Positions 1 through 8,382 of a stretch of 33,883 nucleotides of DNA are shown here, piece by piece (position 1 is the stretch's first letter; each line of letters starts with the position of its first letter). Source of the DNA: an uncultured bacterium (GTDB taxonomy: Bacteria; Patescibacteriota; Gracilibacteria; UBA4473); assembly GCA_947311285.1 (NCBI GenBank), contig CAMZKS010000101.1, forward strand, positions 1-33,883, given 5' to 3'. The notes beneath the pieces were generated by a model. It had not been told where the DNA came from and did no database searches. It saw only the letters and a list, made by a program, of their open reading frames with translations. The translations under genes were made by a program, and so were the position numbers.

Positions 1-126
1 CAAGAGGTTCGTCGAGTACTTAATGGTTTAGGAATTGCTATCGTTTCAACTTCTAAGGGTGTTATCACCGGATACGAAGCGAGAGCGCTTGGAGTTGGAG
101 GAGAACTACTTTGCGAAATTAGCTAA
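1..126 (+). CDS. rpsH: 30S ribosomal protein S8, C-terminal fragment (5' end outside window)
   Basis: Frame 1 is open from base 1 ([41 protein letters not shown]) with TAA at 124-126. It matches the conserved S8 C-terminus and lies directly upstream of rplF, as in spc operons. Confidence 0.85.
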   Translation, partial: QEVRRVLNGLGIAIVSTSKGVITGYEARALGVGGELLCEIS

Positions 127-161
127 TTATTTTAACAGCGTTTAACGCTACGATATAAACC

Positions 162-710
162 ATGTCACGTATAGGAAAACAACCGGTTACAATCCCAGAA
201 AAAGTCGAAGTAAAAATCGATGGGAACGTAGTGACTGTTACAGGTCCGAAAGGGAAACTAACACAAACTATTGAAACTGAATATGTTTCAGTTTCACAAG
301 CAGATGGGACCATAACGGTTGAACGTGCTGATGATTCTAAAACAGCACGAGCGCGACACGGTTTGTATCGGAGTTTGATTCAAAATCTAATAGACGGTGT
401 AACCGAAGGTTGCTCTAAGAAATTGGAAATACGAGGGGTTGGGTATCGAGTTGCGCAGAAAGGAGCAGATCTGGAATTTAACCTTGGTTTCTCTCATCCG
501 ATTACGTTTCCTTTGCCAGAGGGCGTAGAAATTACCTTTGACGAGAAGAACAACAATATTTTCACTCTTTCAAGTATTGATAAGCAGTTAGTAGGTCAAA
601 CGGCTGCTAATATTCGATCGCTTCGAAAACCGGAGCCATATAAAGGGAAAGGGATTCGTTATGCCGATGAACATATACAACTTAAAGCTGGTAAATCAGC
701 CGCCAAATAA
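162..710 (+). CDS. rplF: 50S ribosomal protein L6
   Basis: 182 aa. The N-terminus MSRIGKQPVTIPEKVEVKIDGNVVTVTGPKGKL is the classic L6 signature. Operon position is S8-L6-L18. Confidence 0.97.
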   Translation: MSRIGKQPVTIPEKVEVKIDGNVVTVTGPKGKLTQTIETEYVSVSQADGTITVERADDSKTARARHGLYRSLIQNLIDGVTEGCSKKLEIRGVGYRVAQKGADLEFNLGFSHPITFPLPEGVEITFDEKNNNIFTLSSIDKQLVGQTAANIRSLRKPEPYKGKGIRYADEHIQLKAGKSAAK

Positions 711-712
711 CC

Positions 713-1054
713 ATGAGTACTATTGATATTAAACGACATCAAAGACTTGCACGTGCACGACGCACGCATGCAAAAGCGCGTAACTCTGGTCGAGTTCGAC
801 TAGTGATTTACCGTTCATTAAAAGCTATCTATGCTCAAATCGTAGATGATACAGCCGGGAAAGTTCTCTGTGGAACATCCAACCTTAAAGGGAAACCTGG
901 TATTACAGGAGCGAGAGAGGTTGGAAAAACTATCGCGGAGATGGCCCAAAAAGCCAAAGTTACAGAAGTGACGTTTGATCGAAATGGTTACCTTTACCAC
1001 GGTCAAGTTAAAGCACTTGCAGAAGCAGCGCGAGAAGGTGGACTTAAATTTTAA
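713..1054 (+). CDS. rplR: 50S ribosomal protein L18
   Basis: 113 aa with a basic N-terminus and RLVIYRSLKAIYAQIVDD...FDRNGYLYHGQVKALAEAAREGGLKF, typical of L18. It starts 2 nt after the rplF stop. Confidence 0.95.
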   Translation: MSTIDIKRHQRLARARRTHAKARNSGRVRLVIYRSLKAIYAQIVDDTAGKVLCGTSNLKGKPGITGAREVGKTIAEMAQKAKVTEVTFDRNGYLYHGQVKALAEAAREGGLKF

Positions 1055-1084
1055 GAAATTTTGTTTCAAAACAACTCATACAAT

Positions 1085-1831
1085 ATGACAGAAGAAAACA
1101 CGACCCCAAAGACAGAAGCTACTACAACTCCCGTTGTAAAGGCCGCTCCAAAAGTTACCGCGGATGCACCAAAAGTAAGTGCAGACAAAAGAACGACTGG
1201 GAAAGATACTAATCATGCCAATCGCCGTGGTGGCGCAGGGAAAGGTCGTCGTGGTCGAAAGCCACGTGAACCAAAAGAGTTTGAAGAATCTATTATTCAA
1301 ATCGATCGTGTAACACGTGTTACTAAAGGAGGACGACAACTTCGTTTCCGAGTATCAGTTGTAATCGGTGATCAAAAAGGACGTGTGGGGTACGGAATTG
1401 GTAAATCATCGGAAGTAATGAGCGGTGTACAAAAGGCCATTGCAGAAGCAAAACGAAATATTATTACTGTGCCGATCTTTGAAGATACAATTCCTCATGC
1501 GGTTAATTACAAATTTAAAGCGAGTAAAGTTTTCTTACTACCAGCTCCAGAAGGGAAAGGAGTAATTGCTGGAGGAGCGGTACGTAAAGTACTAGAACTA
1601 GCAGGAATTAAAAATGTCCTTTCTAAGATGCATTGCTCACGTAACAAACTTAATTCTGTTTACGCGACTATGGAATGTTTGAAATCACTTCAAAACAGAC
1701 CACCTTATAAAGTTAAGACAGAAGAAGCTGTAGAAGAGAATAAAGCAGAAGAGGTTAAAGGTGAAAAACCAGAGGCTCCTAAAAAAGAAGCTCCAGCAAA
1801 AAAAGTAACTTCTAAAAAGAAAGACGCTTAA
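1085..1831 (+). CDS. rpsE: 30S ribosomal protein S5 with long N- and C-terminal low-complexity extensions
   Basis: The conserved S5 core is IQIDRVTRVTKGGRQLRFRVSVVIGDQKGRVGYGIGKSSEVMSGVQKAI. The ORF track starts at TTG 1061, but ATG 1085 (MTEENTT) is the more likely start. A Thr/Pro/Lys-rich N-tail and a Lys/Glu/Pro-rich C-tail flank the core. Confidence 0.93.
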   Translation: MTEENTTPKTEATTTPVVKAAPKVTADAPKVSADKRTTGKDTNHANRRGGAGKGRRGRKPREPKEFEESIIQIDRVTRVTKGGRQLRFRVSVVIGDQKGRVGYGIGKSSEVMSGVQKAIAEAKRNIITVPIFEDTIPHAVNYKFKASKVFLLPAPEGKGVIAGGAVRKVLELAGIKNVLSKMHCSRNKLNSVYATMECLKSLQNRPPYKVKTEEAVEENKAEEVKGEKPEAPKKEAPAKKVTSKKKDA

Positions 1832-1861
1832 GCGACAACCTTTGATATAAAGTATTAAACT

Positions 1862-2341
1862 ATGAAACTACACGAACTCACTCCCAAGAATAAAAAAGTT
1901 AACCGTAAAAGACGGGGTCAAGGTAATGCTACCGGTAACGGTACTTACGGTGGTCGAGGTATGAATGGGCAAAACGCTCGCTCTGGTGGTGGTGTTCGCC
2001 CTGGCTTTGAGGGAGGTCAAACACCTTTAGTCAAACGTATGCCTAAAATGCGTGGTTTCCGAAGTCCAAACAAAGTTTACAATCAAGTAGTTAAACTAGC
2101 CGTTCTTGAAGAAGCTTTCAAAGACGGAGATACTATCGATTTTGCAGCCTTAGTTGAAGCGGGTTTCTTGAACCGTAAAGGTATGGGAATCAAAATTCTA
2201 AATGACGGTACAGAGCTTAAAAAGAAATTTAATGTAAGAGAAGTACTTATTTCAAAAACGGCTAAAGAAGCGATTGAAAAAGCCGGTGGAAAAGTTGAAG
2301 TAGTAGTTATTGAAAAACCAGAATCAAAAAAGAAAAAATAA
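1862..2341 (+). CDS. rplO: 50S ribosomal protein L15
   Basis: 159 aa with GQGNATGNGTYGGRGMNGQNARSGGGVRPGFEGGQTPLVKRMPK, the L15 glycine-rich signature. It follows rpsE after only 30 nt, so no L30 gene lies between them. Confidence 0.95.
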   Translation: MKLHELTPKNKKVNRKRRGQGNATGNGTYGGRGMNGQNARSGGGVRPGFEGGQTPLVKRMPKMRGFRSPNKVYNQVVKLAVLEEAFKDGDTIDFAALVEAGFLNRKGMGIKILNDGTELKKKFNVREVLISKTAKEAIEKAGGKVEVVVIEKPESKKKK

Positions 2342-2395
2342 TTATTCACATCTGAGTGGTTTTAACCCTCAGTGCTTTAAATACTAAATTCATTA

Positions 2396-2419
2396 AAACG
2401 TTCGAAAGAGCGTTTTTTT
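2396..2419 (+). terminator. Intrinsic terminator after rplO
   Basis: Stem aaacgttc / gagcgttt (8 bp including one G-U), a GAAA tetraloop, then a T-run. It ends the ribosomal block where secY would normally follow. Confidence 0.6.
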
Positions 2420-2433
2420 ATGTGTCACAGGGC

Positions 2434-2461
2434 TTGACACAAACATATATCAATTTATAAA
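2434..2461 (+). promoter_or_regulatory. Sigma70-like promoter candidate for the 2514 gene
   Basis: TTGACA at 2434-2439, a 16-nt spacer, and TATAAA at 2456-2461. The GGGCTTGACA context is shared with the rplY promoter candidate. Confidence 0.4.
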
Positions 2462-2513
2462 TAACAAAAAGCAACACAAACATAAAAAGTAAAAGTTCAT
2501 TAAATTCTACTTT

Positions 2514-3299
2514 ATGCGTGTTGTTTTACTGTCTCTCAGCTTTCTAGTATTTATTTCTTTTGCTACGCAGACCTCCGCGCAAGGTGTTGAGCGCAAGAAT
2601 TTTAATATTACAACCGTTAAGAAGGCCGGTTCTACTAAATACTTTGCTCGCAAGCCGTGGACAGGTTTATTTGCCGCCAAAAAATTTAGTCGAGCCGATA
2701 AGTCGGAATTACAAGATATTCAAAAGACCTTGCAAGCCTCAATACTGGATTTGCCAACGCGCCACACAGCGGCTTTAAAAAAATTAGAAGTGAGAAAGGA
2801 AAATAATGCTTCTCGTGGTTTGGCAAACTCTCGTATGATAATTCTTAATACTGAGTCTATTAACAGCAAGGAAGAGCTTCAAGCGGTGTTTACACACGAA
2901 ATGGGGCACGTAGTAGACTTGGGGCTGCTTAAGTCTTATTCGGGTACAAAATCTGTTTTTTGGACCCCCGGAACACAGGTTTACGACAAGGATCCAAGTT
3001 TAAATTTTTATAAAATATCTTGGGTAGATTATAAAACAAAAAATTCATCAGCTACCCGATCCGACTTTATATCAGGGTACGCCCAATCTTCTCCGTTTGA
3101 AGACTTTGCAGAGAGTTATTTATTTTATCGCCTGCATGGAGAAAAGTTCAGACAAATCACTGAAAATTCGACCGCATTATTAGCTAAGTATAACTTCATT
3201 AAAACAAAAGTTTTTAACCAGAAAGAGTTTCAGGTGCAGAAGGTGAATAAAGGCTTCTTGCATAACTTAATTTGGGACGCAACGTTGGTTAAGTTTTAG
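2514..3299 (+). CDS. Secreted putative zinc metallopeptidase (HExxH, gluzincin-like), otherwise hypothetical
   Basis: 261 aa with an N-terminal signal peptide (LLSLSFLVFISFATQTSAQG). HEMGH is encoded at nt 2895-2909, and an EDFAESY motif lies about 65 aa downstream as a possible third zinc ligand. The arrangement is reminiscent of M34/ATLF-like zincins, but I could not run a family search. Confidence 0.55.
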   Translation: MRVVLLSLSFLVFISFATQTSAQGVERKNFNITTVKKAGSTKYFARKPWTGLFAAKKFSRADKSELQDIQKTLQASILDLPTRHTAALKKLEVRKENNASRGLANSRMIILNTESINSKEELQAVFTHEMGHVVDLGLLKSYSGTKSVFWTPGTQVYDKDPSLNFYKISWVDYKTKNSSATRSDFISGYAQSSPFEDFAESYLFYRLHGEKFRQITENSTALLAKYNFIKTKVFNQKEFQVQKVNKGFLHNLIWDATLVKF

Positions 3300-3365
3300 A
3301 AACTCAGTGGCGGTGTTCAGAATAGAGGATATGGTGTAATTTGATTTTTTGGCTAAAGTGTATTT

Positions 3366-4037
3366 ATGGATAAACTCTACTTAAAAGCTAAGCGTTGGGC
3401 ACAAATTATCGGACACCTACCAGGGGTGGCGGCTGTGTTTCTTTCTGGTAGTTTGGCACAGGGTAAGGCGAGTAATGAGTCCGATATAGATTTTTTTATT
3501 ATCACGTATCCAGACGCTATTTGGACGGGTAGATTTTTCACAAACTTAGTGCTTAAAATTACATGCAATTTGGCGAAGCCGTGGAAACATGCGGCTCGTA
3601 TTTGTCCGAACCATTTTATTACGACCAATAGTTTAGAGATAATAGAGCAAGACGCCTACAGCGCTCATTTATTTAGTTACAATCAACCACTTTATGATCC
3701 GTACAATCTGTGGCCAGATTTTGTGGAAGCCAATGTGTGGGTGAATGAGTTTGATGAAGAATTCCCGGTCTTGGTTAAAAGTGAAATCTTAAAAAAGAAT
3801 TATATCCCAGAAACACCTATTTATAGATGGATAGAGAGCTCATTGCGCTGGCTGCAGCTTAAAAAAATATACTTAAATTCGGACTTTAAAAAGCCTGGTG
3901 CTAAAATAGTTTTAAAAAATACGGAGTTGCGTTTTCACCCGAATCCTAAAAATAAGTACTGGAAAAACAAGAAGGAGGTGGATCTTGGTAAGAAGGGCCG
4001 TCAGGCAGTGGTAAAAATTATTAATCCACAAACTTAA
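3366..4037 (+). CDS. Nucleotidyltransferase-domain protein (Pol-beta-like NTase fold)
   Basis: 223 aa. The motif GSLAQGKASNESDIDFFII fits the G[SG]-x(9-13)-DxD minimal NTase signature. Substrate is unknown. Confidence 0.6.
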   Translation: MDKLYLKAKRWAQIIGHLPGVAAVFLSGSLAQGKASNESDIDFFIITYPDAIWTGRFFTNLVLKITCNLAKPWKHAARICPNHFITTNSLEIIEQDAYSAHLFSYNQPLYDPYNLWPDFVEANVWVNEFDEEFPVLVKSEILKKNYIPETPIYRWIESSLRWLQLKKIYLNSDFKKPGAKIVLKNTELRFHPNPKNKYWKNKKEVDLGKKGRQAVVKIINPQT

Positions 4038-4912
4038 TGTTTTGGTTTTGGGCGTTTATTTCTATGTTTGGGTATGCATTGCAAAATGTATTGATGACTC
4101 GCTATGTAAGAAAAATTGAGGTGCTTTCGGCAGGATTTTATAGAAATATTACATTTTTTGTGAGTTTCTTACCCTTATTGTACTTTGTGCCAAGTGACTC
4201 ATATTCAATGGTTCATACTTTTTGGCCAGAAATAATTTTGGCCTGTTTTTTAGGGGCTGGATCACAATGGACGCGATTTTTAAGTTTAAGATACCTCCCA
4301 ATTGGTACGTCTAGTGCTGTTGTTTTGGGCTTTAATGTTTTGTTCTCCGTTTTGCTGGGTTGGGTCTTTTTTTCGGAAGTGCTTAGTTTTTGGGTCTTAG
4401 TTTGTATTTTTATCACTCTGGCCGGAAGCGTAATTCTTTCTACTTTAAAAAACGATGCCCCTCATCTAGAGCCAGCCTCCGTAATAAAAGGCTTTTTATT
4501 GCTATTAGCCACCAGTGTAATGCTTACAACGGCTTTTTTCTTTGTGGCAAAGCTAAGCCGGGAACTAGACCCAATGTTGAGCGCTTATGTTTGGGAGTCA
4601 GGGATTGCTGTAGCCGCATTAGTTTTTATCACCGGCAGAAAGTTATTTGGTGGGGCGGGGTTAGAGCGGGTTTCGCTTAAAACATTTAGCAAAATATTTT
4701 GGTGTGTGTTGCCAACACTACTTGGTACCGCAGGATTTGCTCTGGCAATCACTCTTGGACCATTAGGGATCGTTTCCGCTATTTCGGCCACCGGAGTTTT
4801 TGTTATTACAGGGCTGTCAATACTTCTATATAAAGAAACTCTAACCTATAGGCACTATATAGCTATGGGAGCAACTATCGCGGGAGTGGTTGCGCTTAGG
4901 TTACTGAGCTAA
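4037..4912 (+). CDS. EamA/DMT-family transporter
   Basis: 291 aa with about 10 hydrophobic helices in two similar halves, typical of the drug/metabolite transporter superfamily. Its ATG overlaps the NTase stop (TAATG). Confidence 0.75.
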   Translation: MFWFWAFISMFGYALQNVLMTRYVRKIEVLSAGFYRNITFFVSFLPLLYFVPSDSYSMVHTFWPEIILACFLGAGSQWTRFLSLRYLPIGTSSAVVLGFNVLFSVLLGWVFFSEVLSFWVLVCIFITLAGSVILSTLKNDAPHLEPASVIKGFLLLLATSVMLTTAFFFVAKLSRELDPMLSAYVWESGIAVAALVFITGRKLFGGAGLERVSLKTFSKIFWCVLPTLLGTAGFALAITLGPLGIVSAISATGVFVITGLSILLYKETLTYRHYIAMGATIAGVVALRLLS

Positions 4913-5296
4913 AAAAGTTTCTTTATTCGTTATATAATTATCTTTACCGGGTAAGTAGTGTGTGCTAGAAAAGCAGAGTAACACCGCGTTTTCGGAGAAA
5001 TCATAAAACTCGTGCCAGCAATAAGGGGACACCTCAAGGCCTTTATTTTGTGCATCTAGATTTATAATTTTTTCGCCATTTTTATCGTGAATTTCAGCTT
5101 TAATAGAACCCTGAGCCGCGATAAATAATTCGGATTCGATTTTGTGCGCGTGGCCGCCACGAGTTTGAGCATTTTTAGCCGTTACTAAATAAACGCGTTT
5201 GACATCAAAAGGGAAATTTTCATCAAGCTCAAAAGGGATCAGGCCGCCTCGAAGGTCTTCAAATAAAGGGAATGTGTGTATTTTATGTCCTTTCAT
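4901..5296 (-). CDS. FdtA/WxcM-like cupin, putative dTDP-4-oxo-6-deoxy-sugar 3,4-isomerase
   Basis: 131 aa. F(P)LFEDLRGGL...FDVKRVYLV...TRGGHAHK...CWHEFYDFSENAVLLCFSS aligns by eye with FdtA/QdtA-type sugar ketoisomerases. Its 3' end overlaps the EamA 3' end convergently by 12 nt. Confidence 0.8.
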   Translation of the reverse strand: MKGHKIHTFPLFEDLRGGLIPFELDENFPFDVKRVYLVTAKNAQTRGGHAHKIESELFIAAQGSIKAEIHDKNGEKIINLDAQNKGLEVSPYCWHEFYDFSENAVLLCFSSTHYLPGKDNYITNKETFLAQ

Positions 5297-5348
5297 GCAG
5301 TACCTATAATATAAAATTGGGTGAATAAATCTATGTGATTTATCAAAT

Positions 5349-5377
5349 TTGACAAGCCTAGTCCTAGCCTGTAAAAT
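5349..5377 (+). promoter_or_regulatory. Sigma70-like promoter candidate for the lipoprotein gene
   Basis: TTGACA at 5349-5354, a 17-nt spacer, and TAAAAT at 5372-5377, about 35 nt upstream of ATG 5413. Confidence 0.45.
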
Positions 5378-5412
5378 GGGGAACGTAACTTATTTTTAAT
5401 CTCAAAATCAAT

Positions 5413-5817
5413 ATGAAAAGTTTATTAAATGTCTTCCCTGCATTAGCAGTCGCACTCCTTATGACGGCTTGTACAGCTCCAAAACAACCTCAAATACCTC
5501 AAACGCCTGTTTCTGTAGAACGAGCACTTGAAGCAACTTTGGATAAAATGGACGACATGGTCGAGGATGAAACAGAAGTAAATACAGAACTTGATGCGGC
5601 TTTAGATACACTTGAAGACGAATTAGATAGTGCTCTTAATGGTGGGGTTGAAATTACTATTGATGAAGCGCCTATTGTTGATGCAACTCAACCTGAAGCA
5701 ACACCTTCTGAAGTTGTAGCTGAAGAGGCTGTGACACCGCTAGAAACTGAAGCGGATTCAGCAAATGAAAATGCTCAAGAAGACGAACTAATTGATCAAC
5801 CAATTATTATTGAATAA
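5413..5817 (+). CDS. Acidic putative lipoprotein
   Basis: 134 aa with a signal peptide ending in the lipobox-like LLMTAC. The mature part is very Asp/Glu-rich and low in complexity. No family was recognised. Confidence 0.55.
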   Translation: MKSLLNVFPALAVALLMTACTAPKQPQIPQTPVSVERALEATLDKMDDMVEDETEVNTELDAALDTLEDELDSALNGGVEITIDEAPIVDATQPEATPSEVVAEEAVTPLETEADSANENAQEDELIDQPIIIE

Positions 5818-5842
5818 TCTTATAAAAGATTACTTTTTAGCC

Positions 5843-5874
5843 AAAGCCCCTCCGCTCTGCGGAGGGCTTTTTTT
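5843..5874. terminator. GC-rich hairpin plus T-run (copy A of a repeated hairpin element)
   Basis: The sequence aaagcccctccgc-tct-gcggagggc is followed by TTTTTTT. It terminates the + strand lipoprotein gene and abuts the stop codon (5873-5875) of the - strand recombinase gene. Confidence 0.65.
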
Positions 5875-6796
5875 ATTTTAAATACTTGGCATGTGTTTTT
5901 TTAAGGTCGGCATTAGCGACATGCGTGTAAATCTGGGTAGTGACAATGCTTGCGTGTCCTAATAACTCTTGTACCGACCGAATATCTGCTCCATTTCTGA
6001 GCAGAGACGTCGCAAAGGTATGTCTCAGTTTGTGAGGAGTAACCGGCTTGGTGATGCCGGCTTTTCGGCCTCTATCACGAACCATTATTTCAATAGCGGT
6101 TCGACTGAGTCTTCGTGATTCGCCCTTTTTCAGGTGCTGATCAGAGCGTTGTTTTGCATTGATAAATAGAGGGTTAAAATCATCGGTTCGGTTTTTCATG
6201 TAGTCACTTAAAAGCCTTACACATTGGGGGGTTAGATACACGCTTCGTACTTTTTTCCCCTTTCCCAGTATAGAAAATTCACCGGTATTAATATTTAAGT
6301 TATCTCGATTCAAGGCGCACATTTCAGAAATCCGTAAACCGGTTGAAAATAGCATTTCGATAATGGCGCGATCTCTTAAGGCGATAAGAGTGGATTTAGC
6401 GGTGTTCGTGTTTCTTAAAAGTTCCAGCTCATCCATATTTAAGCCCGCAACATCACTCGGTTCTGTTTTAATCAGTTCAAGTTTTTCGGGGGATAGTATC
6501 GGGTCATCAAGTTCTCTCTTTATACAGAATTTTAAAAAACTGCGAATAGGGATCAGATAGATGTTTCGAGTTTTACTGCTCAATGGTCCCCCTTTTTTAT
6601 TGGTCTTAGAAAACACAAAGTCTTGAAAATCATCAATAGAGTTTAAGTTTAAATCGCGGATATGAGTATTTTCCCCAACGGTTTCAATCAAAGAGCCTAA
6701 ACTTTTTTCATAGTTTCTAAGCGTATAAGGCGAAGCATTTTTGACGTTCTTTAAATAACGTACGTACTTCTCAAGGCCCTCAGTAATTAACATCAA
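5873..6796 (-). CDS. Tyrosine site-specific recombinase, XerC/XerD family
   Basis: 307 aa. It has an N-terminal SAM-like core-binding region (YLKNVKNASPYTLRNYEKSL) and the catalytic set R (FSTGLRISE), HxxR (HKLRHTFAT) and H..Y (LLGHASIVTTQIYTHV). Confidence 0.88.
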   Translation of the reverse strand: MMLITEGLEKYVRYLKNVKNASPYTLRNYEKSLGSLIETVGENTHIRDLNLNSIDDFQDFVFSKTNKKGGPLSSKTRNIYLIPIRSFLKFCIKRELDDPILSPEKLELIKTEPSDVAGLNMDELELLRNTNTAKSTLIALRDRAIIEMLFSTGLRISEMCALNRDNLNINTGEFSILGKGKKVRSVYLTPQCVRLLSDYMKNRTDDFNPLFINAKQRSDQHLKKGESRRLSRTAIEIMVRDRGRKAGITKPVTPHKLRHTFATSLLRNGADIRSVQELLGHASIVTTQIYTHVANADLKKTHAKYLK

Positions 6797-6842
6797 GTTA
6801 ATTATATTGTGTTAAGTAACTAAAAGCCAGAGCGCTTGCTAG

Positions 6843-7772
6843 CTATGCCAACAAATCGGTTACCGCTTTTACTTCATTTTTAGAACCAATAAACACGGTC
6901 GTATTTTGATGATAATCAGTCACTATTGTGTCTAAAATATCATGCCCCGCTTGATTTTTACCGACCCCATTGGCCTCGTTAAAGAGAAAGGCAAAAGGCG
7001 CACCTTCAAATAACAACCGTAGTTTTCCCTCTGGTTGGGATTTGTCTTTAGGGTAAGTAAAAATGCCGTGCCCTTTGCTTAAAATATGGTGTAAATCCGG
7101 CACCATTCCGCCAGAATAACGAAGTTTGCTTTGTTTGGTAAGCCAACGCTGCATAACCGTGGCATACTTAGGGTTCTCACGGCAGACTTTTAAATTACCA
7201 GGGGCAAAGTAAGTCGTATCGTCTTTAATCGTAATATCGGCTCTAGTGAGAATAAATTCACCAACGTCGTTAAGCTCAAACTCATGACAGCCTTTGCCTT
7301 TAAGGGCGATTGTAAGCGTAATACGAGGCCCATATACCGCGTAGCAAGCGGCAACCATACCATCACCGGCTTTATTACCAACCATCTCAGGGCTTTCCCA
7401 AATACCAAAGATCGTTCCAATAGCTAAGTTGGCATCGACTAATGAACTTCCATCAAGAGGGTCGTAAGCCACAAAATAATTCCCTCGGTGGGATTTAAAC
7501 GTCATTGGTTCATCTTGTTCTTCACTCGCAATAACTTTGGCTAATTGAGATTTTTCTAGCTCTTTGCTAATAATTTTGTCGGCTAAAATATCCATCGCAA
7601 TTTGGCTCTCACCAGAGGCATTTTCAGTGCCCGCACCGCCAGTATTACCGGCTCGAATAGAAAAATTAATATATTTAACACTCCTCGCAATGTGATAAAG
7701 TAAACTTCTCACATCCCAGTCTGCGCCTCGTTCTCGTAAGAAATAATTGAACGACTGATTATCACTCGGCAT
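6843..7772 (-). CDS. fbp: Fructose-1,6-bisphosphatase, class I
   Basis: 309 aa. ESQIAMDILADKII...VIASEEQDEP...VAYDPLDGSSLVDANLAIGTIFGI...LRYSGGMVPDLHHIL match class I FBPase metal- and substrate-binding motifs. Confidence 0.9.
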   Translation of the reverse strand: MPSDNQSFNYFLRERGADWDVRSLLYHIARSVKYINFSIRAGNTGGAGTENASGESQIAMDILADKIISKELEKSQLAKVIASEEQDEPMTFKSHRGNYFVAYDPLDGSSLVDANLAIGTIFGIWESPEMVGNKAGDGMVAACYAVYGPRITLTIALKGKGCHEFELNDVGEFILTRADITIKDDTTYFAPGNLKVCRENPKYATVMQRWLTKQSKLRYSGGMVPDLHHILSKGHGIFTYPKDKSQPEGKLRLLFEGAPFAFLFNEANGVGKNQAGHDILDTIVTDYHQNTTVFIGSKNEVKAVTDLLA

Positions 7773-7878
7773 ATTATATAAAGTTTAAGTGTTTGGATTT
7801 TAGCAGAGCTACTTAAAAAGTTCTACCCGAGTCTGTAAGTTTTGTTACAATTAGTCTGATACGTTAATTTATAGAACT

Positions 7879-8382
7879 ATGACCTACTGGCTGTTTAAAT
7901 CCGAACCTAATTGCTTTAGCATTGATGACTTAGAGCGAGTGGGAACCGAGCCTTGGGATGGAATTCGAAATTACCAAGCTCGTAATATGTTGAGGGATGA
8001 TGTTAAAATGGGGGACAAAGTTCTATTTTATCATTCAAGTTGTGCAGAACCAGGGGTTGTAGGCGTGTGTGAAGTCGTGAAAGAGTCTTATCCTGATTCG
8101 ACGGCGTTTGACCCCACATCAGACCATCCAGACCCAAAATCAGATCCAGAAAACCCACGCTGGTTTATGGTGGATGTTAAGTTTGAGTCTAAATTCAAAA
8201 AACCACTATCACTTAAGCAGATGAAAGAGATGAGCGAGTTTAGTGGCATGCGTTTATTACAACGCGGGAATCGATTAAGTTTATTCCCAGTCGAGAAGCA
8301 GCACTTTGATTTGGTGTTGGCTTTGGGAATGTCGTCTATTGATGATCCCAAATTTCTAGCACAACAAATGTTTGGTGATTGA
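7879..8382 (+). CDS. EVE-domain (PUA-like) protein
   Basis: 167 aa. YWLFKSEPNCFSIDDL...WDGIRNYQARNMLRDDVKMGDKVLFYHSSC...GVVGVCEVVKESYPD is the typical EVE/THYN1-like signature. The last ~16 codons overlap the toxin gene on the other strand. Confidence 0.8.
   Translation: MTYWLFKSEPNCFSIDDLERVGTEPWDGIRNYQARNMLRDDVKMGDKVLFYHSSCAEPGVVGVCEVVKESYPDSTAFDPTSDHPDPKSDPENPRWFMVDVKFESKFKKPLSLKQMKEMSEFSGMRLLQRGNRLSLFPVEKQHFDLVLALGMSSIDDPKFLAQQMFGD

Noticed and set aside
119-2349. Antisense or alternative-frame ORFs inside the spc genes (119-313, 818-1069, 1076-1339, 2083-2349 on the - strand)
   Set aside because: They lie entirely within confidently identified ribosomal protein genes on the other strand. 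Their low-complexity, Cys/Phe/Ser-rich translations have no motifs. They are shadow ORFs.
5857-5884. dif site for the adjacent Xer-family recombinase (TTATTTTAAAT compared with the E. coli XerD arm TTATGTTAAAT)
   Set aside because: A dif site needs an inverted XerC-type arm 6-8 nt away. Here the preceding sequence is the GC hairpin and T-run. In copy B the two inverted arms are 25 nt apart. The match is in low-complexity A/T sequence. It is kept only as a caveat within the repeat finding.
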